Below the pieces are notes generated by a model that saw nothing but the letters and a program-made list of their open reading frames with translations, searched no databases and was not told the origin of the DNA. From an uncultured Candidatus Saccharibacteria bacterium (GTDB lineage: Bacteria; Patescibacteriota; Minisyncoccia; Phycocordibacterales; UBA12079): 61,022 nt of DNA. Position 1 is the first letter of the stretch, and each line of letters opens with the position of its first letter. Location: NCBI GenBank assembly GCA_964486155.1, contig CAZAKQ010000003.1, forward strand, positions 1 through 61,022. Direction: 5' to 3'. This document shows positions 53,620 through 61,022 of this stretch, in pieces. Both the position numbers and the translations under genes were made by a program.

Positions 53620-54087
53620 TTAATGACATCTATTAAAAGGAGGTGTAAGCATTGGTTGTCCTTCATACCATTCAGATGTTTTTTGATAATATTTTTCACA
53701 TTCTTTTATTTCAAACAACTCTTGTTCTTTTTTAGTTTGTTCCATCATATTTTGGAAGTCTTTATAAGTAATAGATTGATCGCTAAAAAATAATAGTATA
53801 TATGGCGCAACAAAGATAAATATTCCTATCAAAATTATTATTAATTTTACTAAAATATAAACATCTTTTTTATATAATTTTGAAAATATTAAAGTAAATA
53901 TAGACATTCCTAATAAAATAAAAGCGGGAATACCTAAAACAATAAACAATCCTCCCATTTGAAATACATCACAATAAAAAGGAGAACCTGTTTCATTACA
54001 TTTTAATAACCAATACCAATATACAATCCCATCAATTAAACTGAAAACAAATAATATTCCAGCTAATTTTAAAAAAAATTTATTCAT
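53620..54087 (-). CDS. Hypothetical membrane protein
   Basis: The ORF is 155 aa with 4 TM helices. Confidence 0.45.
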   Translation of the reverse strand: MNKFFLKLAGILFVFSLIDGIVYWYWLLKCNETGSPFYCDVFQMGGLFIVLGIPAFILLGMSIFTLIFSKLYKKDVYILVKLIIILIGIFIFVAPYILLFFSDQSITYKDFQNMMEQTKKEQELFEIKECEKYYQKTSEWYEGQPMLTPPFNRCH

Positions 54088-54260
54088 AAAAAAATTAAAT
54101 TAATAATAATTAATATTATTATATAATAATATCACAAAATAACGTATAAAATAGTATTTTTACTGGAAGGATAATCTGATTATTTGGAGATACAGGAAAA
54201 TAAAGAAATTCATTCCATTTCTCAGCACAAATTAAACACCCCAACATGTTGAGGTGTTTA

Positions 54261-54480
54261 ATTTGTGCTGAGGGGCACTCGTCCTGACGATCTCTAAATA
54301 AAATTCTTCGCTATCGCTTAAATTTTATTAAGAGTCGCGGGACACGGCTCACTATCGTTCCGTTTCCTTCGCTTCGCTACGGAATACTCACGATATGCTC
54401 CGCCGTTCGAGCCCGCACGAAAGCCAAACAATTGGCTTTCTCTCTCAACAAAAATTAAAATTCCCGATTTGGGAATTTAA
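54261..54480 (-). ncRNA. tRNA-Phe-linked shadow unit
   Basis: In minus sense it starts just after the tRNA-Phe trailer hairpins. It contains gtgcgggctcgaacggcgg, an inverted T-arm copy whose plus-strand form gttcgagcccgc lies at 54405-54416. It ends in gtgcccctcagcacaaat, which repeats the tRNA 3' end (16-nt identity between 54261-54276 and 54481-54496). Confidence 0.4.
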
Positions 54481-54485
54481 ATTTG

Positions 54486-54558
54486 TGCTGAGGGGCGGGC
54501 TCGAACCGCCGACCCTTCGCTCTTCAGGCGAATGCTCTACCAACTGAGCTACCTCAGC
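54486..54558 (-). tRNA. tRNA-Phe(GAA)
   Basis: The reverse complement reads GCTGAGG-TA-GCTCAGTTGGTAGAGC..TTCGC-CTGAAGA-GCGAA..GGCGG-TTCGAGC-CCGCC-CCTCAGC-A. Confidence 0.92.
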
Positions 54559-54707
54559 ATATTTTATTTTCGATTATACTACCTTATTAATATATATCAA
54601 TATTTTCCGCATTCTGCGAATGCTTTTTCCTATCACCTCGTAAACATCGGTGATTTTCTCACTATCGTTCGAAATCGGATAAAAAACAAAGCAGTTTGTT
54701 TTTTCTT

Positions 54708-54730
54708 CAACTGAGCTACCTCAGCATATT
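54708..54730 (-). repeat. Duplicate of the tRNA-Phe 5' end plus 5 nt of leader (23-nt identity)
   Basis: caactgagctacctcagcatatt at 54708-54730 equals 54541-54563. Confidence 0.85.
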
Positions 54731-54771
54731 TAACTATTCAATTATTATATAATTCTAAAAATATTTTGCAA

Positions 54772-55107
54772 TTAAAATCCCAATAAATTATTTCCCAAAT
54801 CAAAAATAGATTCAATTACTCCTGTTGTTACTTCAGTAGTAGTTGTCACTCCATCCGAAACAACATCTACTCCAGATTGAATTTGGTTAAAAGTTTCTTT
54901 AGCTTGATCCAAAGTTTGCATAGCGCTATCTAAATAAGGTTGAAGATAATAATAAGCTCCCAAAGAAGCTCCTATTATAACAACCCAATAAACTAAACGA
55001 ATTGCACTCCCCCAAAACATCTTCCGGCGAATTTTACTAAGCATTCTCTTATTCTCTTTAGCAATTTCTAAAGTTTCTTTTATTATTTTTTTATCTTCTG
55101 GATCCAT
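54772..55107 (-). CDS. Hypothetical membrane protein
   Basis: The ORF is 111 aa with one TM helix. Confidence 0.45.
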   Translation of the reverse strand: MDPEDKKIIKETLEIAKENKRMLSKIRRKMFWGSAIRLVYWVVIIGASLGAYYYLQPYLDSAMQTLDQAKETFNQIQSGVDVVSDGVTTTTEVTTGVIESIFDLGNNLLGF

Positions 55108-55126
55108 ATTTATATTATATCATAAA

Positions 55127-55687
55127 TTAAACTTGTTTATGCCTAAAACATCTAACTTCATGATCATTTACCATTCCAATGGCTTGCATATAAGCATATA
55201 TAATCGTCGGGCCAACAAAGTTCATTCCTCTCTTTTTTAGATCTTTAGAAATTTTTTCTGAATCTTTAGTTTGAGTTGGAATTTCTGAAATTTTAGTAAA
55301 TTTATTATTTATCGGTTTTCCGTTCACGAAACCCCAAATATATTTATCAAAGCTTTCAAATTCTTTTTGAATTTCTAAAAATATTTTTGCATTTTGAACA
55401 ATTGAATTTATTTTTAAATTATTTCTGATAATTCCTTCATTTTTTAATAATTTTTCTATTTTGGTTTTTGTATATTGAGATATTTTTTTAGGATTAAAAT
55501 TATCAAAAACTTTTCTGTAATTACTTCTTTTATTTAAAATAATTTCCCACGAAAGTCCTGCCTGAGCTCCTTCTAAAATAAGCATTTCAAAGAGTTTTCT
55601 GTCATTATGAAGAGGCACACCCCATTCTTCATCGTGATATTTTTTATATATTTTGTTTTTAGGATTTACCCAAGCACATCTTTTCAT
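55127..55687 (-). CDS. tag: DNA-3-methyladenine glycosylase I
   Basis: The ORF is 186 aa. It has CAW....YHDEEWGVP, LEGAQAGLSW and a C-terminal ...NDH...C zinc-snap motif. Confidence 0.9.
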   Translation of the reverse strand: MKRCAWVNPKNKIYKKYHDEEWGVPLHNDRKLFEMLILEGAQAGLSWEIILNKRSNYRKVFDNFNPKKISQYTKTKIEKLLKNEGIIRNNLKINSIVQNAKIFLEIQKEFESFDKYIWGFVNGKPINNKFTKISEIPTQTKDSEKISKDLKKRGMNFVGPTIIYAYMQAIGMVNDHEVRCFRHKQV

Positions 55688-55689
55688 AG

Positions 55690-55761
55690 TGTCCTTGATA
55701 GGAATCGAACCTATATCTGATCCTTAGGAGGGATCTGTTCTATCCATTAAACTACAAGGAC
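55690..55761 (-). tRNA. tRNA-Arg(CCT)
   Basis: The reverse complement reads GTCCTTG..GATCC-CTCCTAA-GGATC..ATAGG-TTCGATT-CCTAT-CAAGGAC-A. It ends 3 nt from the tag start codon. Confidence 0.9.
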
Positions 55762-55791
55762 AAAAAATTGGCCCCTCAAGGGACCAATTTT

Positions 55792-56022
55792 TTAAAGGCT
55801 TAAAAGATTAGAAATTTTAGCTTGATCAAAACCAACAACTATTTCATCTCCTATCTCTATAACAGGAACTCCCATCTGTCCACTTTTATCTACTAATTCT
55901 TGTCTTTTTTTCTCGTCTACTGAAACATCAAAGACTTCTACTTCTATCCCTTTTTCATCAAAGAAATCTTTTGCTAAGTTACAATATCCACAAGAAGGAG
56001 TTGAATACATTTTTACTTTCAT
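55792..56022 (-). CDS. Glutaredoxin/NrdH-like redoxin
   Basis: It reads MKVKMYSTPSCGYCNLAKDFF..., with a CGYC active site and GVPVIEIG. I moved the start to the ATG at 56022, because the upstream extension covers palindromic spacer. Confidence 0.8.
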   Translation of the reverse strand: MKVKMYSTPSCGYCNLAKDFFDEKGIEVEVFDVSVDEKKRQELVDKSGQMGVPVIEIGDEIVVGFDQAKISNLLSL

Positions 56023-56197
56023 ATTTTTCTTAACGAGCAAAGCGAGTTCAGAAAAATATGACCCGATGAAATTTGTTCTATAAATAGAACAAATTTTTTG
56101 ATTTTTTGTTAAAAAATCAAAAAACATTTTATTCGGATAATTCCTTAACACACTCTAACTCAAATTATCTAATAAGTTTCTCTATTTTACTATTTTT

Positions 56198-56584
56198 TTA
56201 AAAAAAATCAAAAAAATCTATTATTCTCTCTAAAATATTTTCTTTTTTATTTTTATAAAAATCATTCTTTTCATCTTGAGAATTTAAAATTATCGCCATT
56301 TGCTCTCCTTCTTTTACTACTCTAAACTTATTTCTTAATTCAGCTTCTATTCCTTTTTTAGTTTGCAAATATTCTATATCTAATAACACATTCTTTTGAG
56401 CATCTTTTAATTCCTTCAAAATTAATTCAGTTTTAATCCGATTGGAATATGATTTTCTTTCTCCTTGATATGCTATCAAAACACTTTTTATCAAGAAAAA
56501 AAGTAAAATAAATAACCCTATAAGAAATATCCAAGAAAAAATATTTTTACTTATTCTTTTTCTTTTTTTGCTTGAGTAAGACAT
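56198..56584 (-). CDS. Septum-formation-initiator (FtsB/DivIC-like) protein
   Basis: The ORF is 128 aa with an N-terminal TM helix followed by a coiled coil. Confidence 0.55.
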   Translation of the reverse strand: MSYSSKKRKRISKNIFSWIFLIGLFILLFFLIKSVLIAYQGERKSYSNRIKTELILKELKDAQKNVLLDIEYLQTKKGIEAELRNKFRVVKEGEQMAIILNSQDEKNDFYKNKKENILERIIDFFDFF

Positions 56585-56638
56585 TTATTTAGAGAATTAG
56601 CAAATTAGATAGTTAGTTCACCAGCTAGCAGATTAGAA

Positions 56639-56661
56639 GAAAAATCGCTCTGCGATTTTTC
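56639..56661 (-). promoter_or_regulatory. Leader hairpin GAAAAATCGC-tct-GCGATTTTTC upstream of the FtsB-like gene
   Basis: It is a variant of the clpB/rbfA/mraY leader hairpin. In gene sense a ctaat-rich tract follows it. Confidence 0.45.
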
Positions 56662-56713
56662 CACCTTTATTAACTTTATAAACTTTTGACTAATTTTAGT
56701 TTTCAGTATAAAA

Positions 56714-56812
56714 CTAAAATGGAATATAAACAAGAACCATGCTGACAGCTACTAAAATTCCTATTACAGCCCAAATCATTTTTATTACTTTTTGATTTTT
56801 TTTATCAAACAT
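56714..56812 (-). CDS. Small membrane protein (32 aa), hypothetical
   Basis: It reads MFDKKNQKVIKMIWAVIGILVAVSMVLVYIPF. It is not in the ORF track. It has a single TM helix. Confidence 0.3.
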   Translation of the reverse strand: MFDKKNQKVIKMIWAVIGILVAVSMVLVYIPF

Positions 56813-56961
56813 AAATGTGTATTAAGTATACTGTATTATGTATTAAGCATAAAGGGTAGCAGACTTTACCTGCCACCCTTTATTTTTATTAATTTTATGA
56901 TACTATATTTTTAGTTGCAAGTAAATAACCAAAAACCGAAAAATACAAAAGGAGAGAAAAG

Positions 56962-57333
56962 ATGAATCTTATAGACGTTTTTAAAATGGCGATGTTTCCA
57001 AAAGAAGGAGGTGTCAACAAAAGAAGTCCTGAAATAATAGGTCTCGCTGAAGAATTTATCAAAAAAGGATCTCTATCTAAAGAAGAAATTAATTTATTAA
57101 GTAAAGATTTTTTTGAAAAAACAATCCAGAACAAACCAGATGAAGCATCTTATGCACACATTATAAAATCCGCTAAAAATGAATATTTAGCAAAATTGAT
57201 TTTAAACAAAACAGACTGGAGAGGATCTTCAACAAAAACCCTTCAAGACTTCCAAAAAAATAGCGGTAACCATTCTGTTGTAATGAAAAAAATGCAAAAA
57301 TTAATCGAACTAGCAGAATTAGATCTGCTTTAA
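56962..57333 (+). CDS. Hypothetical protein
   Basis: The ORF is 123 aa. The SD aaggagag lies upstream. Confidence 0.5.
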   Translation: MNLIDVFKMAMFPKEGGVNKRSPEIIGLAEEFIKKGSLSKEEINLLSKDFFEKTIQNKPDEASYAHIIKSAKNEYLAKLILNKTDWRGSSTKTLQDFQKNSGNHSVVMKKMQKLIELAELDLL

Positions 57334-57497
57334 CAACTATTACAAACTCGTTTAACAAAGGAAACTCGTTTAACGGGTTTTCTTTATACTTAGATAAAGT
57401 AAGGACACTTGCTTCACAGCTGCCCTTTCAAAAAATTAAAAGATTAATTTATTAGAAATTATTTAAAAATTAAAAATTATAAAATTAAAAATTTATT

Positions 57498-59276
57498 TTA
57501 ATCATTCTTCATCATCTTCAAAAACACATCTTGTGAAATATTCACTTTACCTTGAGACAACATTTTCTTTTTTCCTTTCTTTTGTTTTTCTCTTAATTTC
57601 ATTTTTCTAGTAATATCACCTCCATATAAATGACCCGTTACATCTTTCTTCAATGCGGATAATCTTTTAGAAGAAATAATTCTTCCACAAACCTTGGCTT
57701 GAATTTTAGTAACAAACATTTGTCTCGGTAGAATTTTATATAATTTATCAACAGACTTTTCAGCCTCCTCTTGCATTCTTCGTCTAGAAACAATTCTTGA
57801 AAAAGCTGGTACAATTTCTTCTGCTACTAAAATATCCATTCTAACTACATCAGCCAAACGATAATCCAACATTTCATAAGCCAAAGAAGCATATCCCGAT
57901 GAAGCGCTTTTTAAATTATCAAAGAAACCTCTCATCAATTCACGCAAAGGCATTTCAGCTGAAATAGATAAACGTCCATCTCCAAAATCTTCAGATCCTC
58001 CCATCTCTACTTCATGTTCATAAAATAATTGCATTATTTCTCCTAAATATTTAGAAGGTAACATTATTTTTAAAGAAATCCACGGCTCTAATATTTTTTC
58101 TTCTTCTCCATGTTCAGGAAAAAATACAGGTGAATAAATCATTTTTTTCCCTAATCCTTTGAAATAAACCTCGTACGAAATACTGGGATGTGTAACAATT
58201 AATTCAATTCCAAACTCCCTCTTTAATCTTTCTGTAATTATTTCTAAATGCAACATACCTAAAAAACCGCAACGAAATCCTCGTCCCAAAGCACCTGAGG
58301 TTTCTTCATCATGAGAAAAAGAAGCATCTGATAATTGCAATTTTCCTAAAGCTAATCGCAAAGAATTAAAATCATCTGAATTTTCAGGATAAATTGAAGC
58401 CCATACAACTGATTTAGGTTGTTTATAACCTCCTAACACAGGCAAAGAACTTTTAGATAAAGTAATTGTATCTCCAACCGATGCCACTCCAGGTTTTTTA
58501 ATTCCAGTTACTATATATCCAATTTCACCCATTTTTAAAGAATCTTTTGGAGTTTCATCAGGGGAAAAAGTCCCTACTTCTAGTGAATTAAATTTCTCCT
58601 TAGCTCCTCTAAAAATTAAAGGATTATTTTTAGAAATTTCTCCATCCATTACCCGAACATAAACAATAATTCCTCTATGAGTAGAATATTTAAAATCAAA
58701 AACCAAAGCTCTAAAATCGTCCTTAACTTCAACCTTAGGTTCAGATATTTTCTCTATAATCCCATCCAACAATTCAACTACTCCTTGCCCTGTTTTTCCA
58801 GAAGTCTCATAAATATCATTAATATCACAGTCTAATAATTTAGATACTTCTTCTTTTACATCACTTACCATAGCTAAAGGAGAATCAACTTTTGATAAGA
58901 CAGGAATAATAGGAATTTTTAAATCTTTAGCCATATTCAAAGTAGTTAAAGTCTGAGCTTGTACACCTTGAGTTGCATCAACCAACAAAACAGAACCTTC
59001 TACAGCTCTTAAAGCCCGAGAAACTTCATATGAAAAATCAATATGTCCAGGAGTATCAATCAAATTTAAAATATGTCCTTTATATTCCATTCGAACTGGT
59101 TGCATTTTTATAGTAATTCCTCGTTCTCGTTCTAATTCCATTGTATCCAACAATTGCTCTTTCATCTTTCTTTTTTCTATTGTATTAGTAATTTCAAGCA
59201 TACGATCAGCTAAGGTAGATTTACCATGATCTATATGAGCAATTATAGAAAAATTTCTTATATTTTTAATTTCCAT
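57498..59276 (-). CDS. lepA: Elongation factor 4 (LepA)
   Basis: The ORF is 592 aa. It has AHIDHGKST, DTPGH and the LepA-specific C-terminal domain. Confidence 0.95.
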   Translation of the reverse strand: MEIKNIRNFSIIAHIDHGKSTLADRMLEITNTIEKRKMKEQLLDTMELERERGITIKMQPVRMEYKGHILNLIDTPGHIDFSYEVSRALRAVEGSVLLVDATQGVQAQTLTTLNMAKDLKIPIIPVLSKVDSPLAMVSDVKEEVSKLLDCDINDIYETSGKTGQGVVELLDGIIEKISEPKVEVKDDFRALVFDFKYSTHRGIIVYVRVMDGEISKNNPLIFRGAKEKFNSLEVGTFSPDETPKDSLKMGEIGYIVTGIKKPGVASVGDTITLSKSSLPVLGGYKQPKSVVWASIYPENSDDFNSLRLALGKLQLSDASFSHDEETSGALGRGFRCGFLGMLHLEIITERLKREFGIELIVTHPSISYEVYFKGLGKKMIYSPVFFPEHGEEEKILEPWISLKIMLPSKYLGEIMQLFYEHEVEMGGSEDFGDGRLSISAEMPLRELMRGFFDNLKSASSGYASLAYEMLDYRLADVVRMDILVAEEIVPAFSRIVSRRRMQEEAEKSVDKLYKILPRQMFVTKIQAKVCGRIISSKRLSALKKDVTGHLYGGDITRKMKLREKQKKGKKKMLSQGKVNISQDVFLKMMKND

Positions 59277-59332
59277 GAGTCGTAGTTTAGCATATTCTTT
59301 AAAGTAATAACACCAATTTACCTATGTTAAAC

Positions 59333-60964
59333 CTAGGCAACTAGACTTAAAGGGTTGCTCTTTTGGAAAAAATAAATATACAAAATCAAGAATAATCCCG
59401 AAAACCATAAAATCCAATCTCCCAAATAAGTATAAAAACTATTTTTTTCAACCAACTCAACTGGATAAGTTAAATAACCATTATCCAAATCTTCTGTCTT
59501 AGCAACTATAGAACCCTTATTATCTATAACTAACGAATGTCCATAATTACTAGATTGAATAAAATAACGATTAGTTTCTACTGCTCGGACTTTAGCAACT
59601 TTTTCCAATTGAGATAATAATAATTGAGATCCTCTAAAGGTAGCATAGGAGGCTGACAAACCCACCAATTCAGCTTTTTGAAATACTAAATCTTGAAATA
59701 AAATAGGAGAAAAAATTTCCGAACAAAATACAACTCCTATATTTGAATTATTATATAAACCTAGTCCGATTTCTTCTTGATTAGATTTTGTATATGATTT
59801 ATTTTTTTTAAAATAATCTATCCATTCTGACAACCCAAATACTTTCATCAACACCTTAATTAACTCAGGCATAGTTTCTCCGTTTTGAGCCAATAATTGT
59901 TTTTCATAAATATTATAATCTTGATTTTTAGTATTATAAAAATACATTTTTGATTTTGCTTTACCATAAGAATCTCGTACAAAAGCAGAGTCTATAATTA
60001 AAATCTCTTTTCCTGAAAAAAGATTATTATAAAAACTCTCGTCCTGTTCCTTTTTCATTAAATCTAAAACAAAATCAGTTCCTTCTGGAAAAAGAATGAT
60101 ATCTGTTTGGGGCTCTTTATTTTTTATAGCAAATAAAATATCTTTATAAATTTCATTTCTTTCTAATTTATTTTTATCATTATTTTCACTGGAAAAACTT
60201 AAAAATTTAGTTTGTAAAAGAGATACATTCAAAATTTTAGATTCCTCTAACTTTGAATTTAAAAAATTTGCATAAATTAAAATTATAAATATAAAAATAA
60301 TCAAAAAAATTAAGCTTTTATTTATTTTTAAAATATTTTTAATATTAAAATAATTTAAAGAGAAAATATTATTCCTATTTTTAAAAATAAAAAATAAAAT
60401 AGCATTTACAAAAACAACAATAAAAGATAATAAATAAACACCTCCCACTCCTGCTAATTGAATTAAAAAATTAGAATTAGCTAAATTGTACCCTAACAAA
60501 GCAAAAGTATAATGGGATCCTAAAAGAGATTCTGGAGAATAAGACCCTAAAGAGTAAATCCATATTCTTATAAATTCAAAAACAATCCATAAGGTTGAAA
60601 TTAAATAAACATCTTGAATCTTATTTGATTTCAATTTACAAAAAATTATAGCAAAAAATCCAAATACAAAACTTAAAACAAAAGGAATTAAAAACCAAGT
60701 TACCAAAACTATCAAAAAATTAAAAAACTCATTTTCTAATTTTATCCAAACTATAGGATAAGTACTCAATAACCAAAAAAATGCTCCGAAAAGATATACA
60801 AATCCTGACAAATAAGCATAGCCAAAAACTTTCTTTAAATTTTCGGTATTATAAATTAAATATAATAAAGGAATTAGAGCAAAAAAACTTACCCACCAAA
60901 AAAAATCTAAATTATAAGAAAGAATTAACAGACCCCCTGATAAAATAGATAAAAATAAATTCAT
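59333..60964 (-). CDS. lnt: Apolipoprotein N-acyltransferase
   Basis: The ORF is 543 aa. It has N-terminal polytopic TM helices and a C-terminal CN-hydrolase domain (FPEG..., VVFCSEIF). Confidence 0.8.
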   Translation of the reverse strand: MNLFLSILSGGLLILSYNLDFFWWVSFFALIPLLYLIYNTENLKKVFGYAYLSGFVYLFGAFFWLLSTYPIVWIKLENEFFNFLIVLVTWFLIPFVLSFVFGFFAIIFCKLKSNKIQDVYLISTLWIVFEFIRIWIYSLGSYSPESLLGSHYTFALLGYNLANSNFLIQLAGVGGVYLLSFIVVFVNAILFFIFKNRNNIFSLNYFNIKNILKINKSLIFLIIFIFIILIYANFLNSKLEESKILNVSLLQTKFLSFSSENNDKNKLERNEIYKDILFAIKNKEPQTDIILFPEGTDFVLDLMKKEQDESFYNNLFSGKEILIIDSAFVRDSYGKAKSKMYFYNTKNQDYNIYEKQLLAQNGETMPELIKVLMKVFGLSEWIDYFKKNKSYTKSNQEEIGLGLYNNSNIGVVFCSEIFSPILFQDLVFQKAELVGLSASYATFRGSQLLLSQLEKVAKVRAVETNRYFIQSSNYGHSLVIDNKGSIVAKTEDLDNGYLTYPVELVEKNSFYTYLGDWILWFSGLFLILYIYFFQKSNPLSLVA

Positions 60965-61022
60965 AAACTAAATCTCCTGATACCTAGGAACTAAATTAAT
61001 ATAAAAGGAAGATTGTGCTGTA

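Noticed and set aside
54532-54714. ORF 54532..54714 (+), 60 aa
   Set aside because: It starts inside tRNA-Phe on the opposite strand and runs through repeat and hairpin spacer.
1-61022. Alternative genetic code (UGA recoding, as in some CPR lineages)
   Set aside because: Long housekeeping ORFs (clpB, dnaE, argS, lepA, the ATPase) are intact under the standard stop set and end at sensible positions. There is no sign of in-frame TGA-split genes.

Overview
This is an AT-rich, gene-dense bacterial chromosome segment. Its gene content looks like a reduced-genome, CPR/Patescibacteria-like organism, which is an inference from the short IF-2, the 343-aa DnaX, the many small membrane proteins and the standard genetic code. 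Housekeeping genes dominate: clpB, a cysteine desulfurase, infB-rbfA, rpmG, a PIF1/RecD-like helicase, argS, dnaX, rnc, a nusB-Nudix fusion, rpmF, dnaE, a cell-envelope block (murJ, O-antigen-ligase/TPR protein, mraY, a DD-carboxypeptidase), scpA/scpB, rmuC, a P-type ATPase with a divergent ArsR regulator, tag, a glutaredoxin-like gene, lepA and lnt. I read nine tRNAs by hand: Tyr, Cys, Leu, Lys, Trp, Gln, Glu, Phe and Arg. I saw no rRNA, CRISPR array, transposase, integrase or reverse transcriptase. The unusual content is non-coding. (1) Five tRNA loci carry G+C-richer tRNA-derived shadow structures. These are either tRNA - hairpin - inverted copy of the tRNA 3' half, or whole tRNA-like units that keep the acceptor stem but replace the core with AT hairpins. 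They include a tandem array of three or four such units downstream of tRNA-Glu. (2) A ~90-nt structured element with a covarying closing stem sits at the 3' end of four genes, always co-oriented with the gene. (3) Two families of G+C-rich mini-palindromes recur: TCCGCCAGCTGGCGGA, with one copy in frame inside a CDS, and CCTGCCTRCCGAYAGGCAGG-like. (4) Two orphan ~260-290-nt RNA genes each have their own promoter and terminator. (5) Several core genes share a leader made of a hairpin followed by CUAAU repeats. Accessory protein content is modest: a GHKL-ATPase/STAS/wHTH module next to tRNA-Glu, and two paralogous fibre/adhesin-like genes with identical termini.
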